A DNA stretch of 63,456 nt from the NCBI GenBank assembly GCA_964595945.1, contig CAZQSL010000005.1:1-63456 (forward strand). Direction: 5' to 3'. How positions within the stretch are numbered: the first letter of the stretch is position 1; each line of letters begins with the position of its first letter. Shown piece after piece: positions 29,360-39,188 of this stretch. Both the position numbers and the translations under genes were made by a program. Below the pieces are notes generated by a model. That model was not told where the DNA came from. It ran no database searches and worked only from the letters and a program-made list of their open reading frames with translations. Source of the DNA: an uncultured bacterium (GTDB lineage Bacteria; UBP15; UBA6099; JAJRTR01).

Positions 29360-31560
29360 AACATACCGGCGGCAACACACAACTACCATCCACTGCCGGT
29401 GACGCGGATATCACTATCGAATCCACCGTCCACCGCATCGTCTTTTCCAATCCGGCCAACGGATATACCGTCGCCCGGCTCATCCCATACGGCGGCGGCG
29501 ACGAATTCGTCGCCGTCGGCACCTTCCTCAACCTCACCGAAAACTCGATCATCAATGTCACCGGTCACTGGGAAACCCACCAGAAATTCGGCCGCCAGTT
29601 CAAAGTCGCCTCTTACACCGCCGATCTCCCCCGCTCAGCCATGGGCATCCGCAAATTCCTCGAATCCCGCATCAAAGGCGTCGGACAAGTCATGGCAAAA
29701 CGCATTGTCGACCACTTCGGCGAAGACACCGTCGACATCATCGACAACTCACCACAACGCCTGCGCGAAGTCGAAGGCCTCGGCGCCCACAAGATCAAAT
29801 CCATCCTCGAATCATGGCAGGAACACCGCAAATCATCTGCCATCATGATGTTCCTCCACTCCTACGGCATCGGTCCCGGCACCGCTCAGAAAATCTTCAA
29901 CACTTACGGCGACTCCGCCATCGATGTCCTCAAATCCAATCCCTACATCCTGGCGTCCGACATCTACGGCATCGGATTCAAAATCGCAGACCGCATCGCC
30001 ATGAGCCTCGGCATCGAAAAAGACTCCCCGCAACGCCTCCAGGCAGGCATTGTCTATACCGTCGAAACTTCCGGCAACGACGGTCACGTATTCCTCCCGC
30101 GCGAACTCCTTGTCGACACGGCCGCCAGCATGCTCGAATGCGACAATTCCACCGTATCCGCCACCCTCGATTCCATGCTCGCTTCCTCACAAAATCTTGT
30201 CGCCATCGACGACCGCATCTACACCGCGCGCCTCGAATACGCCGAACGCAAAATCGCCGAGCGAATCGCAAAAATCCTCACCCACATCGACGAGGAGCAC
30301 CCCCCCGTCACCTACACGCCCCAGGATGTCGACAACATCGCCACCGGCCTCGGCTTCGAGCTTTCGCCACTCCAGCTCAGCACGGTCGATCTGCTCTCCG
30401 AAGGCAAGATCGTAATACTCACCGGCGGCCCCGGCACCGGCAAAACCGCATCCACACGCGCCGTCATTCAGCTCTTTAAAAACCACGCCTACCATGTCGA
30501 ACTCGCCGCCCCCACCGGCCGCGCCGCAAAACGTATGACCGAAGCCACCGGCTGGCCCTCCCGCACCATCCACCGTCTCCTCGAATACAATCCCATCCGC
30601 AACTCTTTCCTCCGCGACGAAGACAACCCCATCGATGCCGACCTCATCGTCCTCGACGAAATGAGCATGATCGACGTCATGCTCATGTATCACCTCCTCA
30701 AAGCCGTCAAATACAATACCCGCATCCTCCTCGTCGGCGACGTCGACCAGCTCCCCTCCGTCGGCCCAGGCAACGTACTCCGCGACCTCATCGCCTCTGA
30801 AGTCATCCCCTGCGTACGCCTCGACACTGTCTACCGCCAGGGCTCGGAAAACACCATCGTCGCCAACGCACATCTCATCAACTCCGGCAAAATCCCCATC
30901 CCGGCACGCGACCGCTCCGGCGATTTTTTCTTCTTCGAAAATGACGACCCCGACTCATCTCTCGACCTCATCGTCAATCTCTGCCGCGACCGCATCCCCA
31001 ACGCATTCGGCATCGACAGCCTCACAGGCATACAGGTCATCTCTCCCATGTACCGCACCACCCTCGGCGTCGACAACCTCAACAAAGTCCTGCGCGAAAC
31101 CCTCAACCCCAAAAACCGCGACGTCCAGTGCGGCTCCTCACGCCTCTACCGCATCGACGACCGCGTCATGCAGATCAAAAACAATTACGAAAAGGAAATC
31201 TTCAACGGCGACGTCGGATTCATCCGCGATTTCAACCTCGGCGAAGGTTCCCTCACGGTCGAATTCCCAGAGCACTTCGTCAACTACTCATTCAGCGAAC
31301 TCGACCAGCTCGTCCTCGCCTACGCCATCACCGTCCACAAATCCCAGGGCAGCGAATACCCCGCCGTCGTCATCCCCATGTCGACACAGCACTTCACCAT
31401 GCTCCAGCGCAACCTGCTTTACACGGCCATCACCCGCGCATCGAAAATCGCCGTCATCGTCGGCACCCGCCGCGCTGTCGCCATCGCAGTCGGCAACAAC
31501 AAAATCGAACAGCGCTTCACATCGCTCGCCGAACGTCTTCAGGATATGACCAGGAGGTAG
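29356..31560 (+). CDS. recD2: ATP-dependent RecD2-like DNA helicase
   Basis: N-terminal OB and HhH regions, TGGPGTGKT, APTGRAAKR, DEMSM, GDVDQLPSVGPG, LAYAITVHKSQGSEY, LLYTAITRA. Confidence 0.96.
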   Translation: MKHTGGNTQLPSTAGDADITIESTVHRIVFSNPANGYTVARLIPYGGGDEFVAVGTFLNLTENSIINVTGHWETHQKFGRQFKVASYTADLPRSAMGIRKFLESRIKGVGQVMAKRIVDHFGEDTVDIIDNSPQRLREVEGLGAHKIKSILESWQEHRKSSAIMMFLHSYGIGPGTAQKIFNTYGDSAIDVLKSNPYILASDIYGIGFKIADRIAMSLGIEKDSPQRLQAGIVYTVETSGNDGHVFLPRELLVDTAASMLECDNSTVSATLDSMLASSQNLVAIDDRIYTARLEYAERKIAERIAKILTHIDEEHPPVTYTPQDVDNIATGLGFELSPLQLSTVDLLSEGKIVILTGGPGTGKTASTRAVIQLFKNHAYHVELAAPTGRAAKRMTEATGWPSRTIHRLLEYNPIRNSFLRDEDNPIDADLIVLDEMSMIDVMLMYHLLKAVKYNTRILLVGDVDQLPSVGPGNVLRDLIASEVIPCVRLDTVYRQGSENTIVANAHLINSGKIPIPARDRSGDFFFFENDDPDSSLDLIVNLCRDRIPNAFGIDSLTGIQVISPMYRTTLGVDNLNKVLRETLNPKNRDVQCGSSRLYRIDDRVMQIKNNYEKEIFNGDVGFIRDFNLGEGSLTVEFPEHFVNYSFSELDQLVLAYAITVHKSQGSEYPAVVIPMSTQHFTMLQRNLLYTAITRASKIAVIVGTRRAVAIAVGNNKIEQRFTSLAERLQDMTRR

Positions 31561-31562
31561 TA

Positions 31563-31730
31563 ATGAATACCGATCAGACAAAACTTCTCGAAATTCTCGT
31601 CTGTCCCGTCTGCCACTCGAAACTCACACTCGCCGCGGGCACCCTTCACTGCGACAAATGCCAGGCGGACTATCCCGTAATCGACGGCATCCCGGTAATG
31701 ATACCGCCATCGCGCACCCAGTCTCAATGA
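31563..31730 (+). CDS. Trm112 family protein
   Basis: LLEILVCPVCH...CDKC...YPVIDGIPVM. Confidence 0.9.
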   Translation: MNTDQTKLLEILVCPVCHSKLTLAAGTLHCDKCQADYPVIDGIPVMIPPSRTQSQ

Positions 31731-31755
31731 TCCGCCCAGGTTACTTTGAAAGGAC

Positions 31756-31784
31756 TTGACGCCCCACACCGCCCTTCCTATAAT
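31756..31784 (+). promoter_or_regulatory. Sigma70 promoter of the tRNA gene
   Basis: TTGACG-N17-TATAAT. Confidence 0.85.
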
Positions 31785-31817
31785 ATTGCAGTTAACGCGC
31801 AGCCACACCGCGCCCAC

Positions 31818-31891
31818 GGCAAGGTAGCTCAGTTGGTCAGAGCACGCGGCTCATACCCGCGGCGTCGTCGGTTCAAATCCGACCCTTGCTA
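31818..31891 (+). tRNA. tRNA-Met (CAT), probably elongator; CCA not encoded
   Basis: GGCAAGG/CCTTGCT acceptor stem, AGCTCAGTTGGTCAGAGC D-arm, CGCGG-ctCATac-CCGCG anticodon arm, GTTCAAATCC T-loop. Confidence 0.93.
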
Positions 31892-32078
31892 CTTTCACAC
31901 CATACAATGGATCATTTCTGCTTATTCATGCCTGAGTGCGAGATTAACACATACTGCGGCTTTGTATCTCAACCCATCTTGCGGCTGCCATCCCGAATAT
32001 ACTGAATATCAATAGAAATTTCCTATCGCGGCGTGCAGCGCGGTGAAGCAGTAACTTTGAGAAACCCCAAGCGTGTAA

Positions 32079-32130
32079 AGTTTTTTGGAAGAGGTGCGGA
32101 GAAACCTTTTTTTCAAAAAAGGTTTCTCCG
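32079..32130. repeat. Partial copy of the palindromic element family
   Basis: Aligns to about 9692-9740; hairpin CGGAGAAACCTTTTTT-TC-AAAAAAGGTTTCTCCG. Confidence 0.8.
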
Positions 32131-32177
32131 GTAGGGAAATTCAAATAATTTATAGTATGACATGGCAGAATTCGGGT

Positions 32178-33203
32178 TCAATCCTCCGGCGGGCCGGGCT
32201 GGTCTTTCAGGAAAAGCGCCGTATCCTCGGGGCGCGCCGTGCAGATATAAATGCCGCTCGTCAGCTCGAATCCCACTGAAGGCACGACCCTCGGCAATAT
32301 CTGTACGAACCAGTGATACTGCTCCACATAGCGCGTCCTGCCGGGACTTGCCTGGATAAGATAGTTGTAATCCGGATCACCCACACCGTGATAGAGCCTG
32401 TAGAGCACATCGCGCATAACGCTGGCGAGGTCATTTATTTCCTCATCCGTAGCGTTGCCGAATGAGTGATTGTGTCGCCTGGGCATGACCCATGTCTCGA
32501 ATGGCGTCTGGGAGCCGAACGGAGCGACAGCGAGGAAATGCTCTGTCTCGATGATCACGCGTTTTCCGTTTTCGATGGTGTTTTCGATGACATCGCACAT
32601 CACGCAACTGCCATGGATGTCATAGTGTTCGCGAGCGACATTGAATCGGTGCTGGATACGTGTGGGCAGGACGGGAGTGGCGATGAGCTGCGAATGGGGG
32701 TGCTCCAGAGAGGCGCCGGCGCGTACGCCGTAATTTCTGAAGATATTGATGAGCAGGATGCGCTCGTCGCGTTCGAGAGTGCGGTAGCGGTCGCGATAGA
32801 TGTGGAAAATGCGCTCGACGTCGGAGCGTGACATGGTGGCGATCGTCAGGTCATGGCGTGGATGATCAATGATGACTTCGTGCATGCCGAATCCCTGTAC
32901 GCCGTGAAAAAAGCGGCTTTCCTCGAACCAGTCGGCCTCAGCGTCAGGGTCGAGCGCGGGGAATTTGTTGGGGATGCAGCGCACCTGCCAGCCATCCCCA
33001 TCGGGGGCTGAGCCATGGGGGCGGTCCGCGATGATTTCCGGCGGTGTGAGGTGTTCGTTGCCGGTGCAGAAGGGACATTTGGGGTTGTGCCGCGGCAGGG
33101 GCTGCTTGGGCGCGTGGCGGTTGAAATCCTCGGGCCTGTTCGCGCGTTCGGCTGCGATGATCACCCATTCCCCGGTCACGAGGTTCTGCCTGAACTCCGA
33201 CAC
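32178..33203 (-). CDS. galT: Galactose-1-phosphate uridylyltransferase
   Basis: RQNLVTGEWVIIAAERANRP, CPFC, NKFPAL, GASLEHPHSQ (HxH); probable GTG start. Confidence 0.93.
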   Translation of the reverse strand: MSEFRQNLVTGEWVIIAAERANRPEDFNRHAPKQPLPRHNPKCPFCTGNEHLTPPEIIADRPHGSAPDGDGWQVRCIPNKFPALDPDAEADWFEESRFFHGVQGFGMHEVIIDHPRHDLTIATMSRSDVERIFHIYRDRYRTLERDERILLINIFRNYGVRAGASLEHPHSQLIATPVLPTRIQHRFNVAREHYDIHGSCVMCDVIENTIENGKRVIIETEHFLAVAPFGSQTPFETWVMPRRHNHSFGNATDEEINDLASVMRDVLYRLYHGVGDPDYNYLIQASPGRTRYVEQYHWFVQILPRVVPSVGFELTSGIYICTARPEDTALFLKDQPGPPED

Positions 33204-33416
33204 TGACGTGCGCTCCCTGCCCCCTGATATGCCGTCTGCGAGACTGCGTGCATTCATTCTATCACAAGTCGCTTTTTGAGTTCACGCCTGCCGAAAAATC
33301 CATCTTTCCATCGCGTGAGGTTTAATGTCTCACTCCTTTAATATAAAATATGCGAAGGGGCGCGTCCGCTCTCCATCGCTGACGCAGTGCCCGGCGCGCA
33401 CTTTTCTGGAGGATCG

Positions 33417-33695
33417 ATGGACTGGAGAGTTTTTTTCATCGTATTTGGATCGATATTCGTCGCCGAGCTTGGTGACAAAACGCAACTTGCCACACTGCTG
33501 TTTTCGTCGCAGACGAAAAATCCGTGGATAATTTTCGCCGCTTCCGCGAGTGCGCTCACTCTCACGTCTTTCATCGGTGTCGTCGCGGGACAGGTGCTTT
33601 CGAAATATGTGCCTCCCGCGGTGCTCAAGGGCATAGCAGGCACGGCTTTCATAATAATCGGCGCATTCATTTTGCTCTCATTGCTGAAAAAGTGA
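33417..33695 (+). CDS. Half-size TMEM165/GDT1 family cation transporter
   Basis: FVAELGDKTQLAT motif, three hydrophobic helices, GGAGG SD. Confidence 0.9.
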   Translation: MDWRVFFIVFGSIFVAELGDKTQLATLLFSSQTKNPWIIFAASASALTLTSFIGVVAGQVLSKYVPPAVLKGIAGTAFIIIGAFILLSLLKK

Positions 33696-33699
33696 TATT

Positions 33700-34080
33700 A
33701 TGGACAGACAGCAGCATATCGCGGACATTGCCGAACGGATACAGGTGCTTGCGGACAACATAGCCGACGCATTCGACACTATCAATTTCCACTCGCGCCG
33801 CGAAGCCACCGGCGACCTGCACCGCAGGGTGTTTCCCAATGTTGACCGCATGATGAGGCTCATCCGTGATCTTATGCACAATATGCCCGGCGACACGCCG
33901 GCTGCCGGGGAACTCCGCGAAATGTACGAATTGCTCGATATCACGCGCAAGTGCTCGGTCGAGTATGAAAGTTTTTCGCAATTCATGGATGCCATGATAC
34001 CGCTGCTCGACAGGCTCTCGGCGTGGGCTGTCGACGGCCCGCCCACAGGCGATGTTTTCACGATGGAGGATCAGCTATGA
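33700..34080 (+). CDS. Hypothetical helical protein
   Basis: 126-aa ORF tightly packed between the GDT1 and Sip1 genes (ATGA overlap); no motif recognised. Confidence 0.65.
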   Translation: MDRQQHIADIAERIQVLADNIADAFDTINFHSRREATGDLHRRVFPNVDRMMRLIRDLMHNMPGDTPAAGELREMYELLDITRKCSVEYESFSQFMDAMIPLLDRLSAWAVDGPPTGDVFTMEDQL

Positions 34081-36368
34081 ATAAACGACTGTCATACATC
34101 ATGGTCAGATGGTGTGTCATCGCGGTGATAGCACTCATCACGGCCAGCCACGCCGCTTACGGAGGCGCCATGTCAGACTCGGTAATCATCAGGGCCTCTG
34201 CCGACAGGGGCATTTCCATCATCTACGACGGCAATCTCATCCTTGGCGGGATTTGGCCGGCGGCATCCGGCATTTCCCACAATCTGTCAGGTGCTCCCGG
34301 GGGCAACATTGTCCCGTCCAAACCTGTCTATTCCGGCACGGGCTCCGATGCGGCTGGCGAATTTGACCAGTGGTTTATCCCGTGGAAAGCTGCCGATGGC
34401 GCGGCTGCATTCACAATCGAGGTACGGCACTACCTCTCGCTCCGGACCATAGCCGTCGCCTATACGCTCGACGCCGGCATGCCGGTGCTGCCACAGCAGG
34501 GCAGTCATATTGCCATCGCATCAGTGCCCGGCTGGCTCTCGGCCAATGCTTCATACCGCTCAAGCAAGTACTGGACATCTCCTGCATTTCCGCAGACCCC
34601 GGCAGCCACGCCGGAAAACACGCAATTCCTCCTCTGGCAGGATACAAACACCGGCTACGGCACTCTCCTGCCACTCGTCGGAGGCGGCATGAAAACGGCA
34701 TTCCGGGTCTGTGAAGGCACGACTCTCTGCGCCGCACAGTCGAGTGGCTACTCGGGTTTCCGGCCGGGGCGCGTGCCGGTCTTCGCCTATTCGTGGGGCG
34801 GTGATCCCTATGCCGCGGTCAACCGCGTATTCCGCGCCGCCATGGCCTTCATGGATTCACCCGGCAAACTCCGCACCGAAAAGCCATACCCGGAAATCTT
34901 CGACTACATAGGCTGGTGCTCGTGGAACGCTTTCTACAAATCCGTCGACGAACGTCAGGTCATCGATGCTGCGTCCACGTTCAAAAACAATGGATTCCCC
35001 GTCGGTTTTTTCATAGTCGACGACGGCTGGCAGGATGTGCAGGATGACCGGCTCGCGGGTTTCGGCATCAATAAAAGCAAATTTCCATCCGGACTCAATG
35101 GGCTCACCGGCAAACTCAAAAAGGAACACGGCATCCGCTGGGTTGGCTTCTGGCATGCCTATCAGGGCTATTGGTCAGGGATCAAAAAAGACTCCCCGGC
35201 TGCGCGCCAGTCCGGGTCCGACGCCCTGATCGAGGCATTCGATGGCCGGCTCTCGCCCAACCCGGTCGATCTCAAGGGACAGAAATTCTTTGATCTCTAT
35301 CACACGGCGCTCAAATCCGGCGGCGCGGATTTCGTCAAGGTCGACAACCAGTGTTCGCTGCCCGACTTCGTAGCCAACCGCGTGCCGGTCGGCGACGCCT
35401 CGCGCGACCTCCAGCTCGCGCTGCAGAATTCTCTCACTAAAAATTTCTCCGGCGTCGGACTCAACTGCATGGACATGTCCATCGAAAACGTTTTTTTCTG
35501 GCGTGACACCAACATTTCTCGCAGCAGCGACGACTTTTATCCTGACCGCGCTGGCAATGCCGAACTTCACGCGGCGCAGAATATCTACAATTCCCTCTGG
35601 TTTTCCAATCTTGCATACCCCGACTTCGACATGTTCCAGTCGCATCACCCGCAGGCCGGCATGCACGCCATATTGCGAGCGATCAGCGGCGGGCCGGTCT
35701 ATGTCACCGACACGCCCGGCAGGCAGGACTGGGGCATACTGCGCAGTCTCGTCTACAGCGACGGCCGCATACTGCGGGCCGACCAGCCCGCGCTGCCCAC
35801 TCGCGACGTCCTCACTCGCGATCCCTCCACCGGCGGTTTTCCACTCAAGGCATTCACCCGCGCGCGGGGCGCCGGCATCGTTGCCGCCTTCAACGCAGAC
35901 GCGTCTGGCCGCGACGTCACCGGCAAGGTCTCGCCATCGGACGTCAACGGTCTCAAGGGCAAAAAATTCATCGCTTACGAATACCACACCCGCCGTATCT
36001 GGCTCGTGGATTTCGATGAGCCCATCAGGCTGATGCTCCGCCCGCACGAGTCCGCGCTTTTCACATTCATCCCCGTCGAAAACTGCTCTGCGGCCATCGG
36101 TCTCGCCGACAAATTCCTCTCGCACGCAGCCGTCATCAAATCCGGCTCCGCCACGGGATTTCTCTCCGCGACTCTTCGCGAAGGCGGCGAATTCGCGGCC
36201 TATATCAAAGGTGCTCCGAAATCCGTTTTCATCGACGATGCGCCCGCCGACCCCTCGCAATGGACATACAGCGGATCACTCTTCACTCTCAATGTCCCGC
36301 GCGGCGCGAGCCCCGTCAATATCACCGTCACATTCGTATCCGAAGACACATGCGACTGCACGGAGTAA
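34077..36368 (+). CDS. Sip1/raffinose-synthase-type GH36 alpha-galactosidase with signal peptide
   Basis: IGWCSWNAFY, IVDDGWQ, DFVKVDNQ, SSDDFYP, PDFDMFQS, AISGGPVYVTD; hydrophobic N-terminus ending ASHA. Confidence 0.88.
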   Translation: MNKRLSYIMVRWCVIAVIALITASHAAYGGAMSDSVIIRASADRGISIIYDGNLILGGIWPAASGISHNLSGAPGGNIVPSKPVYSGTGSDAAGEFDQWFIPWKAADGAAAFTIEVRHYLSLRTIAVAYTLDAGMPVLPQQGSHIAIASVPGWLSANASYRSSKYWTSPAFPQTPAATPENTQFLLWQDTNTGYGTLLPLVGGGMKTAFRVCEGTTLCAAQSSGYSGFRPGRVPVFAYSWGGDPYAAVNRVFRAAMAFMDSPGKLRTEKPYPEIFDYIGWCSWNAFYKSVDERQVIDAASTFKNNGFPVGFFIVDDGWQDVQDDRLAGFGINKSKFPSGLNGLTGKLKKEHGIRWVGFWHAYQGYWSGIKKDSPAARQSGSDALIEAFDGRLSPNPVDLKGQKFFDLYHTALKSGGADFVKVDNQCSLPDFVANRVPVGDASRDLQLALQNSLTKNFSGVGLNCMDMSIENVFFWRDTNISRSSDDFYPDRAGNAELHAAQNIYNSLWFSNLAYPDFDMFQSHHPQAGMHAILRAISGGPVYVTDTPGRQDWGILRSLVYSDGRILRADQPALPTRDVLTRDPSTGGFPLKAFTRARGAGIVAAFNADASGRDVTGKVSPSDVNGLKGKKFIAYEYHTRRIWLVDFDEPIRLMLRPHESALFTFIPVENCSAAIGLADKFLSHAAVIKSGSATGFLSATLREGGEFAAYIKGAPKSVFIDDAPADPSQWTYSGSLFTLNVPRGASPVNITVTFVSEDTCDCTE

Positions 36369-36457
36369 AAACAGTGCGCCATTTGAGAAAACAGGATGTT
36401 TTGTATATCTTATATAGTGGCCGTCCAACGGCCGATACGAACTGACAGGCAGGCAAA

Positions 36458-37288
36458 ATGCACACATACGAAATCGACGGCATCCCCGTCGGCGGAAAAA
36501 ATCCCTTTGTACTCATCGCGGGTCCATGCGCCATCGAAGATGAAAAAATGTGCCACGATATCGCTGGCTCCCTCAAGGAAATCTGCGCTTCGCTGAGCAT
36601 TCCCTACATATTCAAGGCATCCTACGACAAGGCCAACCGTTCGTCGATCACCTCGCCGCGCGGCCCCGGCATCGGGGAAGGCCTCCGCATCCTCTCCGCC
36701 GTCAGGAAAAAGCAGCGCGTACCGGTCCTCACGGATGTCCATGACGAAGCCCAGGCAGCGCAGGCGGCGGCAGTCGTCGACATGATACAGATACCCGCCT
36801 TCCTCTGCCGGCAGACTGACCTCATCGTCGCGGCGGCGCGCACGGGCAAGCCTGTCAACGTCAAAAAAGGGCAGTTCCTCGCGCCGTGGGACGTGCGCAA
36901 CATCATAGCGAAGATGACAGCGGCGGGAAACAGAAAAATCATGATGACCGAACGCGGCGCGTCATTTGGCTACAACAATCTTGTCGTGGATTTCAAGGCG
37001 CTTCCCATCATGCGGGGCTTTGGATATCCCGTCTGCTTCGACGCAACGCACAGCGTACAACTCCCCGGCGGCGCGGGCACCAGCAGCGGCGGACAGCGCG
37101 AATATGTCGAGTATCTGCTGCGCGCGAGCCTTGCTGTCGGCGTCGACGCAATTTTCATCGAAACTCACCCGCGTCCCGACGAAGGGCTTTCCGACTCCAC
37201 CAATATGCTCCCGCTTCACGATCTCGAACGCATCCTCACTTATGCCAAACAGCTTGACTCTCTCGTAAAATCAACCATAGATTTCTGA
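36458..37288 (+). CDS. kdsA: 3-deoxy-D-manno-octulosonate 8-phosphate synthase
   Basis: IAGPCAIE, KASYDKANRSS, QIPAFLCRQTDL, VKKGQFLAP, ERGASFGYNNLVVD, DATHSVQLPG. Confidence 0.97.
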   Translation: MHTYEIDGIPVGGKNPFVLIAGPCAIEDEKMCHDIAGSLKEICASLSIPYIFKASYDKANRSSITSPRGPGIGEGLRILSAVRKKQRVPVLTDVHDEAQAAQAAAVVDMIQIPAFLCRQTDLIVAAARTGKPVNVKKGQFLAPWDVRNIIAKMTAAGNRKIMMTERGASFGYNNLVVDFKALPIMRGFGYPVCFDATHSVQLPGGAGTSSGGQREYVEYLLRASLAVGVDAIFIETHPRPDEGLSDSTNMLPLHDLERILTYAKQLDSLVKSTIDF

Positions 37289-37327
37289 CAATCCGCAAAC
37301 GGGCGCTTCAGGCCGCGCGCAACGGGA

Positions 37328-38005
37328 TCAGTGGACTATTCTGCCGTCGCGGATGTTCAGGTGCGATGTGCAGATGGCGGCGACATCGGGATCATGCGTG
37401 ACGATGACGAGCGTCTGTCCTGCTGCGTTCAGTGATGTGAAAAGATCGAGGATGGCTTTTGCGTTGGCCGAGTCGAGGTTGCCCGTGGGCTCGTCGGCAA
37501 GGATTACTGCAGGAGAGTTTGCGAGTGCGCGCGCTATGCCGATGCGTTGCTGCTCGCCGCCGCTGAGTTGAGTGGGGCGGTGCGAAGCGCGCGAGGCGAG
37601 GCCGACGGTTTCGAGGAGTTCGAGCGAACGTTTGCGGCGCTGTGCGGCAGGCATGCCGGCGAGTTCCATGGGCAATTCGATGTTTTCGCGGGCGGACAGC
37701 ATCGGCAGCAGGTTGATGCGCTGGAAGACAAATCCGATGTGGCGCAGACGCAGGTCGTCGATCTCGCGCGGTTTCATGCCCGATGTGTCGCGGCCTGAGA
37801 CGCGTACAGTGCCCGAGGTCGGCCTGTCGATGCACCCGAGGATGTTGAGCAGGGTAGTCTTGCCCGAGCCCGACGGCCCCATGATGGAAATAAAATCGCC
37901 GCGTCCGATGGCGAATGTTATGTCGTCGATGGCTTTTACGGTAGCCGCTCCGAGCGAATAGAGACGCTGTATGGAACTGACTTCGAGCTGCGAATCGTTA
38001 CTCAT
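37328..38005 (-). CDS. ABC transporter ATP-binding protein (LolD/MacB-type)
   Basis: GPSGSGKTT, LSGGEQQR, LADEPTGNLD, VTHD. Confidence 0.95.
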   Translation of the reverse strand: MSNDSQLEVSSIQRLYSLGAATVKAIDDITFAIGRGDFISIMGPSGSGKTTLLNILGCIDRPTSGTVRVSGRDTSGMKPREIDDLRLRHIGFVFQRINLLPMLSARENIELPMELAGMPAAQRRKRSLELLETVGLASRASHRPTQLSGGEQQRIGIARALANSPAVILADEPTGNLDSANAKAILDLFTSLNAAGQTLVIVTHDPDVAAICTSHLNIRDGRIVH

Positions 38006-39164
38006 ATCTGAGGCACTCCGACAGATTTTTGCGCAGGATCATCCACGCTGGGATGATGCCGGCGATGACGCCGATGAGGACGGAAATGGCCATGCCGGTG
38101 GCGATGATGCGCGGTGATGTAAGCGTGGTGAATATCGAGTCGCCGAACGATCTGGCCGTGACGAAGTCGATGATGCGCGACAGGCCGAATCCGAACAGGC
38201 ATCCCGCGACGCCGCCGATTGCGCTGAGCATGACAGACTCGGTGACGATGAGCTTGATGATGAATCGTCCCGATGAGCCGATGACGCGCAGCGTGGCGAA
38301 TTCGCGTACGCGCTCAGAGACGCTCATCACCATCGTACACGCGACGAACAGCACTCCGATGATCAGCGCGAAGCACGATATTGACAGATGTACGACGCGC
38401 GCGACGGACATCATTTTTTTCATCGAGCTGACGAGTTCGTCGGTCGACTGCACATCGACGGTTTTGAATTGTTTTCTGATGCGGGCCGCCACGGTGTCGA
38501 TCTTTTCGCCGTCCATGACTTTGACGCTGAAAAAAGTGGCGCGGCCCTCGCCGTCGAATATGCGCTGCATGGTGGCGTACGGCGCGTAGGCCATGTAGTC
38601 GTACGTGCGGTTTTTGCGTTCGAGGATGCCGACGATGACAAGTTTTGGCCCGGTGATGAGAGAGATAGTGTCGCCGATTTTTTTGTTGGTGTTTTTCGCT
38701 ACCATAGCGCCGAGCACGACGACATGGCCGTCGCGATCGTTGAAGAACCGGCCTTCGATGACATTTGCATCGGGATGCACATCGGAAAACGAGGCGGCCG
38801 GAATGCCCGCGACGATAGTCATCGGGTGAGCGAAATCCGCGCCGCCGCCGTCGGGTGAAATCCCGAAGTATGCGGGCTCGACCGACTTGACGCCGGGGAC
38901 TTTGCGCAACGGGACGGCAAGCGTTTCATCGAGTGTGGCAGGCCCCTGAAATCCGAACGGCAGCCGTGTGGTGTAGCGCGGCGAAACCATGAGGTCGAGT
39001 CCGGGGCCTTCGAAAAGCTCGTCGATCGAACGCATGAAACCCTCGCTGATGGAGAGCAGCCCGACAGTGAATCCGATCGCGAGCATGATGCCGGCGATGG
39101 TCAGCATCGAACGGCTCTTGCGGCGCGTGAGATTGCGGTAACCGAGTACGATGTGTGTTTTCAA
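37998..39164 (-). CDS. ABC transporter permease (FtsX/MacB-type)
   Basis: RRKSRSMLT TM1, large periplasmic domain, SVSERVREFATLRVIG, three C-terminal TMs. Confidence 0.92.
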   Translation of the reverse strand: MKTHIVLGYRNLTRRKSRSMLTIAGIMLAIGFTVGLLSISEGFMRSIDELFEGPGLDLMVSPRYTTRLPFGFQGPATLDETLAVPLRKVPGVKSVEPAYFGISPDGGGADFAHPMTIVAGIPAASFSDVHPDANVIEGRFFNDRDGHVVVLGAMVAKNTNKKIGDTISLITGPKLVIVGILERKNRTYDYMAYAPYATMQRIFDGEGRATFFSVKVMDGEKIDTVAARIRKQFKTVDVQSTDELVSSMKKMMSVARVVHLSISCFALIIGVLFVACTMVMSVSERVREFATLRVIGSSGRFIIKLIVTESVMLSAIGGVAGCLFGFGLSRIIDFVTARSFGDSIFTTLTSPRIIATGMAISVLIGVIAGIIPAWMILRKNLSECLRYE

Positions 39165-39188
39165 TTCTTTGTGTATCCGATCGGCGTG

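Noticed and set aside
31818-32178. tRNA-Met as an island or prophage attachment site
   Set aside because: No integrase, no duplicated tRNA 3' end in the window, and housekeeping genes on both sides; ORF 31944-32144 is repeat-derived
35175-36260. 361-aa antisense ORF within the Sip1 gene
   Set aside because: Codon-bias shadow with no motifs
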